Assembly (NCBI GenBank): GCA_963700145.1
Contig: OY969474.1
Span: forward strand, 2,816,001-2,880,000
Source: an uncultured Acidobacteriota bacterium
Lineage (GTDB): Bacteria > Acidobacteriota > Thermoanaerobaculia > Multivoradales > UBA5704
DNA: 64,000 nucleotides
Direction: 5' to 3'
Positions 1 through 8,808 of this stretch are shown here, piece by piece (the first letter of the stretch is position 1; every line of letters begins with the position of its first letter). The notes under the pieces are model-generated. The model saw nothing but the letters and a program-made list of their open reading frames with translations, had not been told where the DNA came from and made no database searches. A program made the translations under genes and the position numbers.

Positions 1-1842
1 CTCCTCCGCTCGAGCGTCCTCTACGGCTTCGTGTTCGGCGTTTGTGCCGCTCGGGCGCACCCGGCGACGTGCGCGAGCGTCTTCAAGCCTCTGCCGCGCC
101 GTCTGCCACTCAGCGATCAGGTTTGGCGGAACTCCTTGGAGATCGATCCGGCGATTGCCGATCTGGTTTAGGAAGGCTCGGGCACGCGCCCGTTCTGCGA
201 ACTCGAATGCCCGGTCGGGCTGGTTGAGATCAACGGCCAGCTCGATGGCACGTGTGTAGAGGGGAGCCTGCCGGCCGGCAAACGAGGAAACGAGCTGATC
301 CAGCCGTATCTCTCCGAGGATCTCCTCAGTTGCATCGATGGCCTGGCGGTAGGCGTCGAGAGCTTCCTGTTTCTTGCCCTGCCGCTGGTAGATCGCGGCG
401 ATGCCGCTCAGAGCCAGAGGACGGGACTGATCAACTTCCTTTGCAGACGCGAGCCGGTAGGCTTCGAGCGCTCTTTCGTCTCTTCCCGCGGCAGAGAATA
501 AATCGCCCCACCAGAGATCCTGCCATCCGTCCCCCTGGATCCCGCAGGACTTGCCGAGTTGCGGAGGCGCTGGCAGCCTCAGCGCACGCGCTGCTCCGAG
601 CTCGCGCACCAAGTCGTATCTAGGGCCGGAAGCCGAGCTCTCTTCGTCGGTAGGGAACCAGAGCTGTATGAGCCTTAGATCGGTCGCCTCCACGATATCC
701 CACGCTTGCCGGTACTCTTCTGCTGCCCTTTCCGCGCTGCCGTCGAGCGCATAGATACGGCCCAGAAAGTCGTAGATCTCGACCTCACAAGGCAGGGCCG
801 CGATCGCGTCGGCGTTCACCTGCCCGATTCTCTTCACGGCCTCTTGGGTTTTCCGGAACTGCCCCCGAAGGAAACCCTCCATCCAAGGCCACTGGATCAA
901 GGGAGGAGAGCCGGCGAGCGATGCGGCTCTGAGACCGAAGCGTTCGGCCTCCTCCTTTTGCAGATCCTCCCAAACCATTTGCCGAAGGCGGGCGAGGTCA
1001 GGGTCAGTGGGCTCAGGGACCACAGTTACGGCAGGAGGTTGGTCCATTGCGGTGAGGGCCTGCTCACCGACGCGGCCGCTCTTGAAGTCCTCCACCAACG
1101 GGCGTATGGCTTCCAGATAGTGCTCGTAGGCGTGAGGGTCCGCGCGCTGGCGCAACGCGCGGAGGCCTGGAAGCGACGCCTCAAGGTGCTGGGCAGCCTC
1201 CCGGTAGCGCCCGAGGATATAGCTTAGACGGCCAAGGCGCAGGCTCTCTGCCACCTCTTGTAAGAACGGGAGGTTTGGGGGCCGCACCTCCCGCGCTCGT
1301 ATGAGATTAGCGAGAGCCTCTTCATAGAGCCCGAGCGGTTCCTGCGCCTTGGAGAGGAGGTCGAGGGCACCTGCCTGACCCCGAGGATCGCGCAGGCGAT
1401 GAAAGATCTCCGCCGAGCGCGCCAGTGGATCGAGGCCTTTGCGTGGCAGCCGGCGGTTCAGCTTGAGCTCGCCTAGAGCGAAAAGCGCCGCCGCCTCCGT
1501 TCGCTGATCGCCGAGGTCCAGGCTGATCTCCAGGGCTCGGCGGATGTGTGCCTCACCGGTGACAGGATCAATCAATAGTAGCCGCCCCAGGCGGGTACGG
1601 ACAGCGGCCTCGAGGCTACGGTCGCCGGAGCTGCGGGTCCGACGCAAGGCTGCGTTCAGCTCGTCCTGGAGGCCAGGATTCCAGGTCGTTCCATCGAAAG
1701 TGGCGTCAACTCGCTCGAGCAGCTCCTGGATGACATCCGCGGCCTTCCTCGCTGTGGCAAGCGGGGATTGACCCCGATCTGGAATAGCGGCAGAGAAGAC
1801 CAAGAAAACCATCCAGCACCAAGCCTTTCTCGGGATGCCCAC
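1..1842 (-). CDS. Secreted TPR-repeat protein, probably TPR-CHAT (3' end outside window)
   Basis: Absent from the ORF track because it has no stop in the window. GGAGGAGG RBS then GTG at 1842; MGIPRKAWCWMVFLVFSAA signal-like N-terminus, TPR-like helices, and LAVDLNQPDRAFEFAERARARAFL near 240-170, the motif that typically precedes a CHAT domain. Confidence 0.75.
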   Translation of the reverse strand, partial: MGIPRKAWCWMVFLVFSAAIPDRGQSPLATARKAADVIQELLERVDATFDGTTWNPGLQDELNAALRRTRSSGDRSLEAAVRTRLGRLLLIDPVTGEAHIRRALEISLDLGDQRTEAAALFALGELKLNRRLPRKGLDPLARSAEIFHRLRDPRGQAGALDLLSKAQEPLGLYEEALANLIRAREVRPPNLPFLQEVAESLRLGRLSYILGRYREAAQHLEASLPGLRALRQRADPHAYEHYLEAIRPLVEDFKSGRVGEQALTAMDQPPAVTVVPEPTDPDLARLRQMVWEDLQKEEAERFGLRAASLAGSPPLIQWPWMEGFLRGQFRKTQEAVKRIGQVNADAIAALPCEVEIYDFLGRIYALDGSAERAAEEYRQAWDIVEATDLRLIQLWFPTDEESSASGPRYDLVRELGAARALRLPAPPQLGKSCGIQGDGWQDLWWGDLFSAAGRDERALEAYRLASAKEVDQSRPLALSGIAAIYQRQGKKQEALDAYRQAIDATEEILGEIRLDQLVSSFAGRQAPLYTRAIELAVDLNQPDRAFEFAERARARAFLNQIGNRRIDLQGVPPNLIAEWQTARQRLEDARARRRVRPSGTNAEHEAVEDARAEE

Positions 1843-2019
1843 GGATTGACCCCCTCCTCCTGAAGCCTGAAGAGCCAACAGCTCTCACCGTGAAATGCGT
1901 GCCGTGCCTAGGACACAGCGGCTGTGCCGGTGTTTAGAAGTCGAGGCGGGCATTGGTAACTGCCGAAGGATAGATTACCGGCAGCTGGGAGCCGGCACCC
2001 GCGAAGGCTCAATTCGTTT

Positions 2020-3198
2020 TCACTTTAGAACGCGGCCCGCTGCTTTTTCTGCCGCCTGTCGTGCCGCGTCCTCCTCCTCCCCGAGCCTAAGCTGAGAGTA
2101 CAGCTCACGTGCCTCGCGGAAAGATGCTGCGGCATCCCAGTACGTGCCGCGGGCGTAAGCGATCCGGCCCAGTCCGAAGGCTGCCGCCGCGCGAATGGAA
2201 GGCGCGCCATCTGTATGCGCCTCTCGGTAGTACGGCTCCGCAAGGAAGTGCAGGCCCATGGCGAAATCGAGGTCGGCTAGGGTTATGCGCAATTCTGCGG
2301 TGGGAGCGGCAGCTAGAGCTCGCCGATACAGATCGACGGCGTCCGCGTACAGGCCTTTCTCGGCGAGCAGGCCCGCCCGAGCCGCGTCGAGGGCGGCACC
2401 TTCGAGGCCGATGCTCTCGAGATCGCGGAGCTGACGCTCCAGCGCGACGGCTTCCGCAATCTCTTGCGTTCGCACCTGCACCGGATCATTCGAGTGCCAG
2501 GGCTCTGCAACTCCACTCCGTGCCGCGATCCTGAGAAAAAAGATCTCTCCCGGCGGCAGATCCGGACGGTCCTCCGGCCATCGCAGCGAGCAGATGACCA
2601 TCCCCTTCGGCTCCTCAGTGCAGGTGACCTCTCCGGCCTGGAGGCGAACATCATGACCGCTGGCGCCGCGCCCGTTCCATCGCACTTCGTAGTCGGTCGC
2701 TGAAGTCACGCGGCTCCAGGAGGCCGTTGGACGTGGCGATCGCAGGACCGTATTGCGCGGTCTCAGCACGACCGGAGCGAGCGGGTCATCGCCATCGTCG
2801 CTCCGCATCTCCCGCTCGAGCACCAGGAGGCCCTCGACCACTTTGAAGCGCCCTCCTTGCGGTGCGATCAGGGAGTACTCGCCGGGCGTTAGCTCTTTGC
2901 CCGCGGCGCAGGCCGGCTCCGTCAGCGACCAGGAAGCAGGACCGCGGACATGAACGAAGTGGCGGTCGGAGCACACAATGCCGGCGGAGCCATCTTTGGG
3001 GACATAGATACTGACCCCCTCCTGGATCACCTGCCAGGGACTGGCCAGGGGAAGATCGCCGGCCCCAGGGCCAACGGCCTCGACAGCTCCCTGAATTTGG
3101 GTGATAACGCCGTGTAATGCCCTGGGCGGCGGTTGCTCCGCGCCGGCTGCCGCCAACCCGACCAAGAGGAACAACGCCGCCATGGATCTCAACGACAT
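2020..3198 (-). CDS. Secreted protein, FecR-like N-terminal beta domain plus C-terminal TPRs
   Basis: Likely start MSLRSMAALFLLVGLAAAGA (signal peptide); GVITQIQGAVEAV...IQEGVSIYVPKDGSAGIVCSD resembles FecR-type domains; C-terminal GLYADAVDLYRRAL/AAFGLGRIAYARG TPRs. Confidence 0.65.
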   Translation of the reverse strand: MSLRSMAALFLLVGLAAAGAEQPPPRALHGVITQIQGAVEAVGPGAGDLPLASPWQVIQEGVSIYVPKDGSAGIVCSDRHFVHVRGPASWSLTEPACAAGKELTPGEYSLIAPQGGRFKVVEGLLVLEREMRSDDGDDPLAPVVLRPRNTVLRSPRPTASWSRVTSATDYEVRWNGRGASGHDVRLQAGEVTCTEEPKGMVICSLRWPEDRPDLPPGEIFFLRIAARSGVAEPWHSNDPVQVRTQEIAEAVALERQLRDLESIGLEGAALDAARAGLLAEKGLYADAVDLYRRALAAAPTAELRITLADLDFAMGLHFLAEPYYREAHTDGAPSIRAAAAFGLGRIAYARGTYWDAAASFREARELYSQLRLGEEEDAARQAAEKAAGRVLK

Positions 3199-3214
3199 CA
3201 GTCTGGGCTCCTCA

Positions 3215-4447
3215 TTAGGAAGAACAATGATGCTTCGCGGCGACCGCCTCCACGTGTGGCGCCCAAGGAGTGACCTTTGCCCCATCCAAGCGGCGGAACT
3301 CGTAAACCTGCCGGCAGGCTGACGGCACATTGCCAAGCTGATCGTAAGCTTGAATCAGCAGCCAGAACGTCTCGATCCGGCCAAGATCTCCAAGAACATA
3401 ACGGTTGCGCGCCTCCTCTAGGTGCGGGATTGCCGCCTGCGGTTGCCCAGCCCGCAGCTCCAATTCTCCATAGAGCCGATGCAACGCAGGCCGATCTGGG
3501 TCCAGGCGCAAGCCAGTAGAAAGGGCTGCCCTCGCCCTACTCAGCATGTTGAGGGCGAGAGCCGCATGCGCCAACTCGCCATAGGCGTCGACCCGCTCGG
3601 GTTCACGCACGCTAGCCTGCAGGAGAAACGGATACGCATCGGCGAACCTTTCCCTGCCGTTGAGGTAATGTCCAAGGTTGAACAGGTGCTCTGCCGAGTC
3701 CGGCCGCTGTTTCACCGCCGCTCGGTAGTGATCCTCGGCAGCCCGGACATCCCCAAGCCTCTCCTCGGTCGCTGCGAGATTAGAAAGAATCTCCGCCTTT
3801 CCGGGCGCGAGCTTCAGGGCGTCGCGAAATTGTTTCCGGGCCTCGGACCATTGTCCATGCTCGAAGAACGCCACGCCTTGTGTGACCAGCCGCTCCTTCC
3901 ACCAGTTGCAGCCCGCTATCCCCATAATTGTAGCCAGCAGGAGGCTCAGCAAGGCTGCGGTCGGCCAACCGGCCCAGTGTTCGCTGCGCTTGATGAACGG
4001 CCCCGGCAGCAACTCGCCACCTTCCCCGGGGCCGGGCACTTTGCCTCGTATGCCAGCAAGGAGCCTTCGGAAGGCCTCTTCATCGTCGATGCCGGCGCGG
4101 AAGTCAACCCAGGCCAGGAGGCGGAGGAAACGGGGAACCTCACCTTTAGTGGTCCAACCGGGCAGCAGCACTGGGATCACCCGGATCGATTGGTCGCGGA
4201 CCCGTTCGGCTAGCGCCGAACGCATCTCTTGATTCTGCCAGGGCCCGAGCTCCTTGCCGAGAAAGACAGCGCAGGTGCGACTCTCGTCGAGTGCTTCCTC
4301 CAGCGCCTCCTCCCAAGGGTCTCCGGGAATAAGGTGCCATTTGTCGAGGAACGGCTCAAGTTTTTCCTCCCGAAGCTTGCGAGCAATGTGCTCAATGGCT
4401 GGCTTATCGGCGTTGGCATGGCTGAGAAAAACGTCGTAGCGGGGCAT
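3215..4447 (-). CDS. TIR domain - transmembrane helix - TPR protein
   Basis: YDVFLSHANADK...FLDKWHLIPGDPW...WQNQEMRSAL...VIPVLLPG is a TIR_2 signature with the catalytic-position Glu; TM segment AALLSLLLATIMGIAG; several TPRs follow. Confidence 0.9.
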   Translation of the reverse strand: MPRYDVFLSHANADKPAIEHIARKLREEKLEPFLDKWHLIPGDPWEEALEEALDESRTCAVFLGKELGPWQNQEMRSALAERVRDQSIRVIPVLLPGWTTKGEVPRFLRLLAWVDFRAGIDDEEAFRRLLAGIRGKVPGPGEGGELLPGPFIKRSEHWAGWPTAALLSLLLATIMGIAGCNWWKERLVTQGVAFFEHGQWSEARKQFRDALKLAPGKAEILSNLAATEERLGDVRAAEDHYRAAVKQRPDSAEHLFNLGHYLNGRERFADAYPFLLQASVREPERVDAYGELAHAALALNMLSRARAALSTGLRLDPDRPALHRLYGELELRAGQPQAAIPHLEEARNRYVLGDLGRIETFWLLIQAYDQLGNVPSACRQVYEFRRLDGAKVTPWAPHVEAVAAKHHCSS

Positions 4448-4694
4448 TCACAGTCCCCTTCCTGGGCTGTTGCAATCTTAGAGAATTACCTTGCCGTTTT
4501 GTACCCGACTCTCTCCTGCCAGTCCAGGGAAAGGCTTGTCGTGCGGCTAGCTCGACATGGTACGCACGCCGCGGTCGTGGTCTTACCTCTTGGCGGCTCC
4601 TCGAACGGCATGAGCTTTGTCGAACATCCGCTCCCGGAAGGAACGAGGGGGCCGCCGATGGGAGGAACGGAAAGAGGGATTGGCGGCAAGGAGT

Positions 4695-4709
4695 GGGCAG
4701 GTTGCCCAC
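4695..4709 (-). pseudogene. 5' remnant of hicA toxin (MGNLP only)
   Basis: GTG GGC AAC CTG CCC directly after the hicB stop resembles the usual HicA start (MxxLP), then the sequence loses HicA similarity. Confidence 0.4.
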
Positions 4710-4712
4710 GGA

Positions 4713-4922
4713 TCAGCCGGCAGTGACGAGCTGCGTATCGACGAAGTGGTCCTCCAGCTCGGGATCGCCGTCTTCGAGAAGCATGGCAATGACTTCCTGG
4801 AGGTTCTGCTGGAGCTCGTCGAGGCTTTCGGCTTGGGAGTGCGCGCCGGCGAAGCCGGGCACATACCCGACGTAGAAGCCGGTGTCGGGGCACTTCTCGA
4901 CCACCGCTGTATACGTTCGCAT
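4713..4922 (-). CDS. hicB: HicB-family (UPF0150) antitoxin
   Basis: MRTYTAVVEKCPDTGFYVGYVPGFAGAHSQAESLDELQQNLQEVIAMLLE, a short HicB fold. Confidence 0.85.
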   Translation of the reverse strand: MRTYTAVVEKCPDTGFYVGYVPGFAGAHSQAESLDELQQNLQEVIAMLLEDGDPELEDHFVDTQLVTAG

Positions 4923-4960
4923 GGCTCGGAAAGGATACACCCCTCGTCGGCCGAACGCCG

Positions 4961-5467
4961 TTAGACCACCACCCCGTTGAAGTGCACCGTGTTCCCGTTG
5001 AGGGTCACCGCGGCGCCTTGCCCGTTGTCGATGACGACCGTGGTGTCGATCAGGGAAATGCGCGCGCCGGCCGGCGTTTGCAAAGTGATGCCGCCCGCCG
5101 GACCCGGAACGTCGGAGATCACTAAAGCGTGGCCGCCTGGCGTCACGAGCGCGACCTGGCCGCTCCCCGGCGGCCCGGCCTGGACGACGGCGGGGAGCTC
5201 GGATGTCGCGCCCCACCAGCAGCCGCTCCAGATCGGGTAGTCGGGATCGCCCTGCTCGAACTCGATCCAGACGCCGGCGCCGGTTGGGGGAAGCGCGACG
5301 ATGCCGGCGCCGGTGCCGGCGTAGGGGACGGACGGCATCGCCCAGGTGGTGGGCGCGGCCCCCGCCACGTCCGGCACGACGGCCTGCAGCCGCGCCAGCC
5401 GCAGCGGATCGAGGGTGTTGACGACGGTCCCGCGGTACTTGCCAAAGTAGGGCGGCTCTGCGCTCAT
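4961..5467 (-). CDS. Phage baseplate assembly protein V / gp5-OB spike-like protein (eCIS type)
   Basis: YFGKYRGTVVNTLDPLRLARLQAVVPDV...WAMPSVPYAG...PPTGAGVWIEFEQGDPDYPIWSGCWW followed by short beta-helix repeats; ATG overlaps the upstream stop. Confidence 0.85.
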   Translation of the reverse strand: MSAEPPYFGKYRGTVVNTLDPLRLARLQAVVPDVAGAAPTTWAMPSVPYAGTGAGIVALPPTGAGVWIEFEQGDPDYPIWSGCWWGATSELPAVVQAGPPGSGQVALVTPGGHALVISDVPGPAGGITLQTPAGARISLIDTTVVIDNGQGAAVTLNGNTVHFNGVVV

Positions 5468-6567
5468 GGCTTCCCCCCGCCCGCCGCGCCGAGGCCGGCG
5501 CGCACGAGCTCGAGCTCCTGGTGATGGCTGCGCGCCGTCAGGGTGTCGCGCACGCGGCTGACGGCGTAAAGGCCGTCGAAGGGATCGGCGGCGCCGCGGA
5601 CCTCGACGATCTGGCCGGGGCGCAGCCGGCGCTGCCCCTGCACGATCTTGAGCGTGCCCAGCCCCGTCGTCGCCTCCGCCGAGCGGGCGGCCTCGGCGAG
5701 CAGCGCGGCGGCCGCCTGCAAGGCCGTGAGCTTCGCCGCCCCGGGCAGGCGTCGCTGCCGGTGGGCCGGCGGCACCACCGCCCCGAGCGGCGGCGCGAGG
5801 GCCGCGATGTCCGGCACGGGGATCGGGATCGCGACCTTCGTCGCGGGGTCGAGGATCACGGCCTGTGGCGCCACGCGTCCCATGGCGTCGAAGCGCAGCT
5901 GGAGCGTCTCGACGTTGCTGCGCCGCCCGAAGCGGACGAGGAGCGCCGGCTGCGCGCGGTCGCCGCGCGGCTCGGGCCCCCAATGCGCGACCGAGGCGCC
6001 GGGCGCCGGCCCCGGATCGAGCGTGAACCGGTAGCCGACGCCCTGGGCGAGCGCCTGCAGGTAGGCGTAGTCCGTGCCGTGCTGGAGGATGGGCGCGGAC
6101 GGCTCGGGCACGTTTACGAGCGGCGGCGGCACGACCGCGGCCGTCACGCCGAAGACCGAGTAGCCGGCGAGGATCACCGCGACGCGCGCCGCGACGGTCA
6201 TGCCGGGGAACGGGCGTCCGCTGCCGTCGCGGAGGTCCATCAAGAGCGTCAGGTCCTCGCCGCCGACGACCAGCTCGCCGTCCTCGGCGCCGGCCGCCAC
6301 CGCGTGGGTGACCGCGACGCCGTCCATCGCCACCACCTGCTCGCCGCACTCTTCGGTCAGCAGGACGACGCGCACTAGGTCGCCGGACTCGGGCAGGAAG
6401 CGGGCCGGCAGCATCGAGCCGCGATCGAGGCGGAAGGTCAGCCGGAAGGAGCCGCGCTCGCCGAGCGCCGCGACGATCTCGACCCTGCCGAGCGCCGCCG
6501 TCACGTCGGCCGGCACCGGCGCCGGCGCGCCGACGCCCGCCAGCAGCGAGAGCTTGCGCACGCTCAT
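5464..6567 (-). CDS. gp27/late-control-D-like baseplate hub protein (eCIS VgrG N-terminal part)
   Basis: GEDLTLLMD, QHGTDYAYLQALAQGVGY, LRPGQIVEVRGAADPFDGLYAVSRV motifs; translationally coupled to the spike gene. Confidence 0.7.
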   Translation of the reverse strand: MSVRKLSLLAGVGAPAPVPADVTAALGRVEIVAALGERGSFRLTFRLDRGSMLPARFLPESGDLVRVVLLTEECGEQVVAMDGVAVTHAVAAGAEDGELVVGGEDLTLLMDLRDGSGRPFPGMTVAARVAVILAGYSVFGVTAAVVPPPLVNVPEPSAPILQHGTDYAYLQALAQGVGYRFTLDPGPAPGASVAHWGPEPRGDRAQPALLVRFGRRSNVETLQLRFDAMGRVAPQAVILDPATKVAIPIPVPDIAALAPPLGAVVPPAHRQRRLPGAAKLTALQAAAALLAEAARSAEATTGLGTLKIVQGQRRLRPGQIVEVRGAADPFDGLYAVSRVRDTLTARSHHQELELVRAGLGAAGGGKP

Positions 6568-6586
6568 GCCGCGGGCGCTGCGCCGC

Positions 6587-6964
6587 TCACTTCTCGAAGA
6601 GGCCGAGAATGTTGCCGTCGGGGTCTTTGAACCAGGCGATGCGCTTGCCGTCCGAGCGGCGGGCGACGCCGTTCTCGGTCGTGAGCTCGGGCATGTCGTA
6701 CTCCTCGAAGACGACGCCGCGCTCGCGCAGGCCGGCGAAGACGCGATCGAAGTCGTCGACGACGAAGAAGGCGACGGTGTGCTCGGCGCGCGAGGGCGGG
6801 CGCTGGTAGACGAGGAGCACCGTGCCGCCGCCGGCGCGGAAGGTCAGTGCCCCTTCCTCCTCTTCGGGCTCGGCCTTCAGGCCGAGGGTGTGCTCGTAGA
6901 AGCCGCGGGAGCGGGCGAGGTCGGTGGTCGGCAATGAGGCGTAGACGGGTGCGTTGGCGAGCAT
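6587..6964 (-). CDS. VOC family (glyoxalase/bleomycin resistance) protein
   Basis: DLARSRGFYEHTLGL...AWFKDPDGNILGL. Confidence 0.9.
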   Translation of the reverse strand: MLANAPVYASLPTTDLARSRGFYEHTLGLKAEPEEEEGALTFRAGGGTVLLVYQRPPSRAEHTVAFFVVDDFDRVFAGLRERGVVFEEYDMPELTTENGVARRSDGKRIAWFKDPDGNILGLFEK

Positions 6965-6983
6965 GGGTCCCCCTTTCTCGTGG

Positions 6984-7661
6984 TCACCTCTCGTTCGCGC
7001 CGGGCGGCTGGACCAGGATCTTCGCGGCGGCGCGCCAGCCGAGGCTCACGTCCCGGCCGTCGGCGAGGCGGAGATGCACGGTCTCTGCCGTCTCGTCGCG
7101 GGACTCGACGCTCAGGACGCTCCCCGGCACCAGGCCGCTGCGCTCGACCAGGCGCAGGAACTCGGCGCTCTGGTCCCCCACCCGCGCCACCCGGACGGGC
7201 TCCCCGAGCGGGCAGAGCAGCAGGCTCGGCAGGTCGCGCTCGTGGACCAGGCCGGTGGGGCCGGGGATGGGGTCGCCGTGGGGATCCACGGCGGGGTGGC
7301 CGAGCAGCTCGTCGATGCGCTCGATGACCCGCTCGGAGACGGCGTGCTCGAGCTGCTCGGCCTCGCCGTGCACCTCGCTCCAGTCGAGCCCGACGACCTG
7401 CACCAGGAAGAGCTCGATCAGCCGGTGGCGGCGCAGCACGTGGGTGGCGAGCTCGCGGCCGGCGGAGGTGAGCCGCACGCCGCTGTAGGGCTCGTAGCTC
7501 ACCAGGCCGCTGTCGGCCAGGGCCTTGACCATCGCCGTCACCGTGCCGGGGGTGACGCCGAGGCTGGCCGCGATCTGCCCCATCGGCACCAGCGCGCCGG
7601 GCTGCCGGTGCTCCTCGAGCAGGATGCGCTTGAGGTAGTCCTCGACCGTGCTGGTGGGCAC
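6984..7661 (-). CDS. DtxR/MntR/TroR-family metal-dependent regulator with FeoA domain
   Basis: TVEDYLKRI, HTH, RRHRLIELFL, EAEQLEHAVS, PAVDPHGDPIP, SH3-like C-terminus. Confidence 0.93.
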   Translation of the reverse strand: MPTSTVEDYLKRILLEEHRQPGALVPMGQIAASLGVTPGTVTAMVKALADSGLVSYEPYSGVRLTSAGRELATHVLRRHRLIELFLVQVVGLDWSEVHGEAEQLEHAVSERVIERIDELLGHPAVDPHGDPIPGPTGLVHERDLPSLLLCPLGEPVRVARVGDQSAEFLRLVERSGLVPGSVLSVESRDETAETVHLRLADGRDVSLGWRAAAKILVQPPGANER

Positions 7662-7699
7662 GGCGGGAGCCTATCCCGAGGACTGCCGAGGCCCGCGGT

Positions 7700-7744
7700 T
7701 TGACATTTCGGTGTCATCTGCCTATCCTTTTTGACGACTCGAAA
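7700..7744 (+). promoter_or_regulatory. sigma70 promoter with candidate DtxR-family operator
   Basis: TTGACA (7700-7705), 17 bp, TATCCT (7723-7728), followed by imperfect palindrome TTTTGA-CGAC-TCGAAA (7729-7744). Confidence 0.65.
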
Positions 7745-7758
7745 TCAGGTCCTAGACC

Positions 7759-8808
7759 ATGCAAACCCCCCTCTCGCGCCGCGCCCTCCTCTACCTGGCG
7801 GGGGCAAGCGGCGTGGGAGCCGGCCTCGCCGCCGCGGCGTCGCCCCGCCCGCGCCCGGCGGCCGAGCACGGCCACGCGGCGCACGCGATGGCCCACGCGA
7901 TGGGGGTGGTCGGCCGGGTCTCGACGGACGCCTTCGACCCCGCCCTCTTCCTGCGCTCCTGGAACTTCTCGCACCTGCCGGAGGAGGAGCGCTCGCGCTA
8001 CTACCGCGCGACGCCGCGGCCCGACGGGTCGCTGCTGCGCGAGTACGACATCTTCGCCGTCGATCGCGAGGTCGAGATCGCCCCGGGGGTCTTCTTCCCC
8101 GGCTGGACCTTGAACGGCCAGGTGCCGGGCCCGACGATCCGCGCCACCGAGGGGGACCGGATCCGCATCCGGTTCCTCAACCAGGGCTCGCACCCCCACA
8201 CCCTGCACTTCCACGGCTGGCACCCGCCGGGGATGGACGGGTCGCTCCCCGACCAGCAGGTGGCGCCCGGCGACAGCTTCCTCTACGAGTTCGACGCCGA
8301 GCCCTTCGGCGTCCACCTCTACCACTGCCACGCGGTGCCGCTGAAGCGGCACATCCAGAAGGGCCTCTACGGCGCTTTCATCGTCGATCCCAAGACGCCG
8401 CGCCCGCCGGCCGACGAGCTGATCATGGTGATGAACGCCTTCGACACCAACTTCGACGGCGAGAACGAGGTCTACGCTGTCAACACGGTGGCGCACTTCC
8501 ACATGCACGCGCCGATCGCGGTCGAGGTCGGCCGGCTGGTGCGGATCTACGTCGTCAACGTCACCGAGCTCGACCCGATCAACAGCTTCCACCTGCACGG
8601 CATGTTCTTCAAGGTCTACCGCACCGGCACCTCGCTCGAGACGCAGGAGGTGACCGACACGCTGATGCTCTGCCAGGGCGAGCGGGCGATCCTCGAGACC
8701 ACCTTCCGCTACCCCGGCCAGTTCATGTTCCACGCCCACCAGAGCGAGTTCGCCGAGCTCGGCTGGATGGGGTTCTTCGACGCTAAAGGGGGGACCGGTG
8801 AAGCCTGA
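7759..8808 (+). CDS. Tat-exported two-domain multicopper oxidase (T1 site in domain 1, type C-like)
   Basis: SRRALL Tat motif; HTLHFHG, YHCHAVPLKRHIQKGL in domain 1; FHLHG and FHAH without T1 Cys in domain 2. Confidence 0.9.
   Translation: MQTPLSRRALLYLAGASGVGAGLAAAASPRPRPAAEHGHAAHAMAHAMGVVGRVSTDAFDPALFLRSWNFSHLPEEERSRYYRATPRPDGSLLREYDIFAVDREVEIAPGVFFPGWTLNGQVPGPTIRATEGDRIRIRFLNQGSHPHTLHFHGWHPPGMDGSLPDQQVAPGDSFLYEFDAEPFGVHLYHCHAVPLKRHIQKGLYGAFIVDPKTPRPPADELIMVMNAFDTNFDGENEVYAVNTVAHFHMHAPIAVEVGRLVRIYVVNVTELDPINSFHLHGMFFKVYRTGTSLETQEVTDTLMLCQGERAILETTFRYPGQFMFHAHQSEFAELGWMGFFDAKGGTGEA

Noticed and set aside
4961-6567. Prophage
   Set aside because: No integrase, capsid, terminase or other tail genes nearby; the two genes are of the eCIS type.
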